From Macrostomum lignano (lineage: Eukaryota): a stretch of 64,000 bases of DNA. The stretch lies in NCBI GenBank assembly GCA_002269645.1, contig NIVC01000738.1, positions 372,001 to 436,000 of the forward strand, read 5' to 3'. A program made the position numbers and the translations under genes. Positions 61,146-64,000 of this stretch are shown one piece after another; the stretch's first letter is position 1; the number at the start of each line of letters is the position of its first letter. The notes under the pieces are model-generated. The model saw nothing but the letters and a program-made list of their open reading frames with translations, was not told the origin of the DNA and made no database searches.

Positions 61146-61839
61146 GCCCCTTTTGACGCCTGTAAAAAGGCTCTTTTACTGCTATTTTTCCCCTCTGTGA
61201 TTTTTTCATTGACTTTATTTTGATTTATTCAGATTATTTATTCTCTGCTTTTTATTCATTTTTCTGACACTGTGTACGGTGCACCTGCATTTTTTGCTCT
61301 GAGCATTTAATAATAATTTTTATTTACCTTATCTATTTATTTTGCCATTTATTTTTACAATTTTTATTCTACACTCAAAGGTCGTCTAGGCCCACTTGTA
61401 CAGTTTTAGCCACCCCCCGCTTTTCTCATAGTCTCGGACTCGTTTTTATGTACTGACCATGCGTACTGTTTTAAGTGCTTGAGCACATCAATTTATCGAT
61501 CGTCTCTCCCTGGCGATATCGCCTTTATATATTGACAAGCTGTTGAAACCCGCGGATTTTGAACCCGGGGAATTCCAATACCCGGAACTTTACTTTTGCA
61601 TGTATTCTGAAATCTAAGGCCATACACAAAAAAACTTGTTAATAGTTAGTAGGATAGAGGTAGACATAAAATGGAGCACATTCGTGTAAAATTAGGATTT
61701 GAGGAAAAAATTGATACTGTTGGCTGGGGTACTGCGCAGAATGTCAGGCAAAATGTCTGTCTGACTCTAAAACATGTATTGGCAAACTCTGGCCTCTCCC
61801 TGACTCTCCCTACGTCCCTTGGATCCTTTAAAATTCCTA

Positions 61840-62281
61840 TCGTCTCTTCTGTTTCCTTTCTTCTCTCTTATCCCTCGTCTCTCCTCTCTCCTCTCTCCTC
61901 TCTCCCCTCTTCCCGTATCTTCCCTCATCTCTCTTCTCTTTCATCTCTCTTATCTCATTTCTTGTCTCTTCTTTTCTCTCTCCTCTCCTCTTTCCCCCTC
62001 TTTTCTCGTCTCTCCCTTCTCCTCTCTATTCTTTTCTCTTTTCTCTTAACTCTCTCCTCTACTCTCTCATCTCTCCTCTTTACTCTTTCCTCTCTCTCTC
62101 TCTCCTCTCCTCTCATCTCTTCTTTCCTCTCTCCTCTCTCCCTTCTCCCCTCTTCTCTATTCTCTTTCCTCACCTCTTTTCTCTCTCGTCTAGTTGCTCT
62201 CTCATCTTTCCTTTCTCCTCTTTTATATTTTCTCTCTTATCTCTTCTCATTTCTCTCTGTTCCCCCTCCCTCTCTCTCCCT

Positions 62282-62365
<84 letters not shown>

Positions 62366-63190
62366 TTCTCCCTCTCTCTCTCTTTTATCTCTTCTCTCCC
62401 ATCTCTCTTCTCCTCTCTACTCTCTCCCCTCTTCATTGTCCTATTTCCTCTGCTCTCTCCCTGTCTCTGCTCTCTCCTCTAGTCTCTGTAATCTCTTCTC
62501 TCTTATCTCTCCTCTGTTCTCTCTACTCTCCCATCTCTCATCTTCTCTCTCATCTGTCATCTTTACTCACTTATACATTCTCTCACTTATCTCCTCTGTA
62601 CTCTTCTCTTTCACCTCTTCTGACTCCTCTCTTTCCTTTCTCCTCTCTTCTTTTCTCTTCCTTCTTCTATACTCTCTCTCCTCTATTATTTTCTCTCGTC
62701 TCTCTGCACTCTCCTCTCACCTTTTTCATCTCTCATCTTTACTCTCTCATCTCTCCTTTCATCTGTCTCATCTCTGCAATCTCATCTCTTTCCTCTCTTC
62801 TCCTCTTCCCTTTACTCTCTCATCTCTCCTTTCTCCCCTCTTCTTACACCCCTCTCTTATCTCTATCTCCTCTCTTCTCTATCCTTTCTACTCTCTACTC
62901 TCTAATCTCTCCTCTCCTATTGACCCTGTCCTCTTCTTTCTGCTCTCCAATCTCTACTATCTTCTCACTCTTCTCTACTCTCCTCTCATCGATCCTCTGT
63001 CTCATCTCTCCCCTCTTCTCACCTTTACTCTTTCCTCTCCCTCCTTTCTCCCCTCCTCTCGCTTCTTCCTCCCTTCTTCTCTGCTCTCTCCTCGTCCTCA
63101 TCACTTGTCTCTTCCTCTTACTCGTATGTTCAATGTTTTCTCATATCCCCCTCTCGCCTCTCCTCTCTTCTAATAGTCTATTCCTTCTCC
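61840..63190. repeat. CT-rich low-complexity tract
   Basis: Pyrimidine-rich, with (CT)n runs. Confidence 0.95.
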
Positions 63191-63347
63191 TTTCCACTCT
63201 CATCTGGCCCGCACATAAGCTGGATTCTTTATCTGGCTTTTGAAGTAAAAATCTGCCCATTCCTGCTTGGAAAGCCAGTTTGTGGGACGTAGTACTCTCA
63301 TGGCTGTTCTCATGCTTTGATCATGAGACAGTGCATGAGCCACTTCA

Positions 63348-64000
63348 ATGGCGTCGCGACTGAACGAGTTGCAACTCGAGAAACCCGAGCAGGCTCTGAC
63401 CTGGCTGAAGGCTTTCCAGGCGTTGGCCCGTGCGAAAGGCTGGAAGGATGAAGGCAACGATTTTGCAATTGCGAACAATTTCCTGGCTACATGTGGCCTC
63501 AGTGCCTTTGAGAAATTAGAAAGCCTGGTGGCTCCAAAAAAAATCGAGACTTTGAAGTTTGCGGATCTAGAAAAAGCACTTCTCTCGTATCTCCGACCGA
63601 AGGAGAAACTGACTGTTGCGGAACGCACGCGGTTTTTTCATGTGCGTCAGCGGCCTGATGAAACGGTTTGCGATTTTCTCTCGCGCCTTCGCACTGCGGC
63701 CACGGACTGCAAGTTTGACGAATTGCGGTCTTGTGCAAGTCCTGCCGAGGAGCTGATTCGACTGGCTTTGATTTCGGGAATGCGAGATCATCGGACTCAA
63801 CAGCGTATTTTCGAAACAATGCAAACTGACGACATGTCAATTGAAGACATTGTGGATTTTGTCCGCAACCAGGAGCAAGTGGCTGCTTTTATTGTCTCTA
63901 CCGGTGCGGATGCCAATAGCGTTCAATCTAACAGTGCTACTGCCTCTACGAGCATTTCCTCTGCAGCTACGGATGCTGGCACATTGCATTATTCCCAGGC
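63348..64000 (+). CDS. gag: Ty3/Gypsy (Mag-like) gag, runs off the window end
   Basis: MASRLNELQLEKPEQALTWLKAF..FLATCG..LVAPKK..PKEKLTVAERTRFFHVRQRPDETVCDFLSRLRTAATDCKF..LISGMRD, the typical Mag-clade capsid pattern. Confidence 0.85.
   Translation, partial: MASRLNELQLEKPEQALTWLKAFQALARAKGWKDEGNDFAIANNFLATCGLSAFEKLESLVAPKKIETLKFADLEKALLSYLRPKEKLTVAERTRFFHVRQRPDETVCDFLSRLRTAATDCKFDELRSCASPAEELIRLALISGMRDHRTQQRIFETMQTDDMSIEDIVDFVRNQEQVAAFIVSTGADANSVQSNSATASTSISSAATDAGTLHYSQ

Noticed and set aside
61450-61490. Hammerhead ribozyme in the Penelope-like tail (ctgaccatgcgtact..agtgc)
   Set aside because: Core CUGANGA and GAAA are both broken; too degraded to support.
60062-63243. Long Leu/Ser-rich and Arg/Glu-rich ORFs
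   Set aside because: Translations of CT/AG low-complexity DNA.

Overview
Eukaryotic (probably invertebrate animal) DNA made almost entirely of nested mobile elements; no conventional multi-exon host gene is recognisable. From outside in: (1) minus-strand, compact, partly decayed virus-like flanks. The left flank (1-8.1 kb) has a RING-finger ORF, an FkbM-type methyltransferase pseudogene and a GT32 glycosyltransferase. The right flank (54.6-60 kb) is a Polinton/Maverick (adintovirus)-type structural module: penton, adenain protease, discoidin-domain fiber. (2) A CsRN1-like Ty3/Gypsy element split into 8122-10604 and 53221-54571. (3) A young Ty3/Gypsy element, 10605-53220, with a CAGG target-site duplication and near-identical 1189-bp LTRs. 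Its pol frame begins with a cold-shock domain reached through a U-UUA-AAC -1 frameshift, and it carries an extra 240-aa ORF. (4) A 31.4-kb head-to-tail concatemer of five non-autonomous Helitrons (21629-53005) inserted at A|T in the 3' LTR, filled with satellites downstream of tRNA-like heads. (5) A 14.3-copy 273-bp array inside Helitron unit 3. The window ends with CT-rich low-complexity DNA, a Penelope-like fragment between two duplicated blocks, and the start of another Gypsy gag. All calls come from reading and hand translation; no database search was run.
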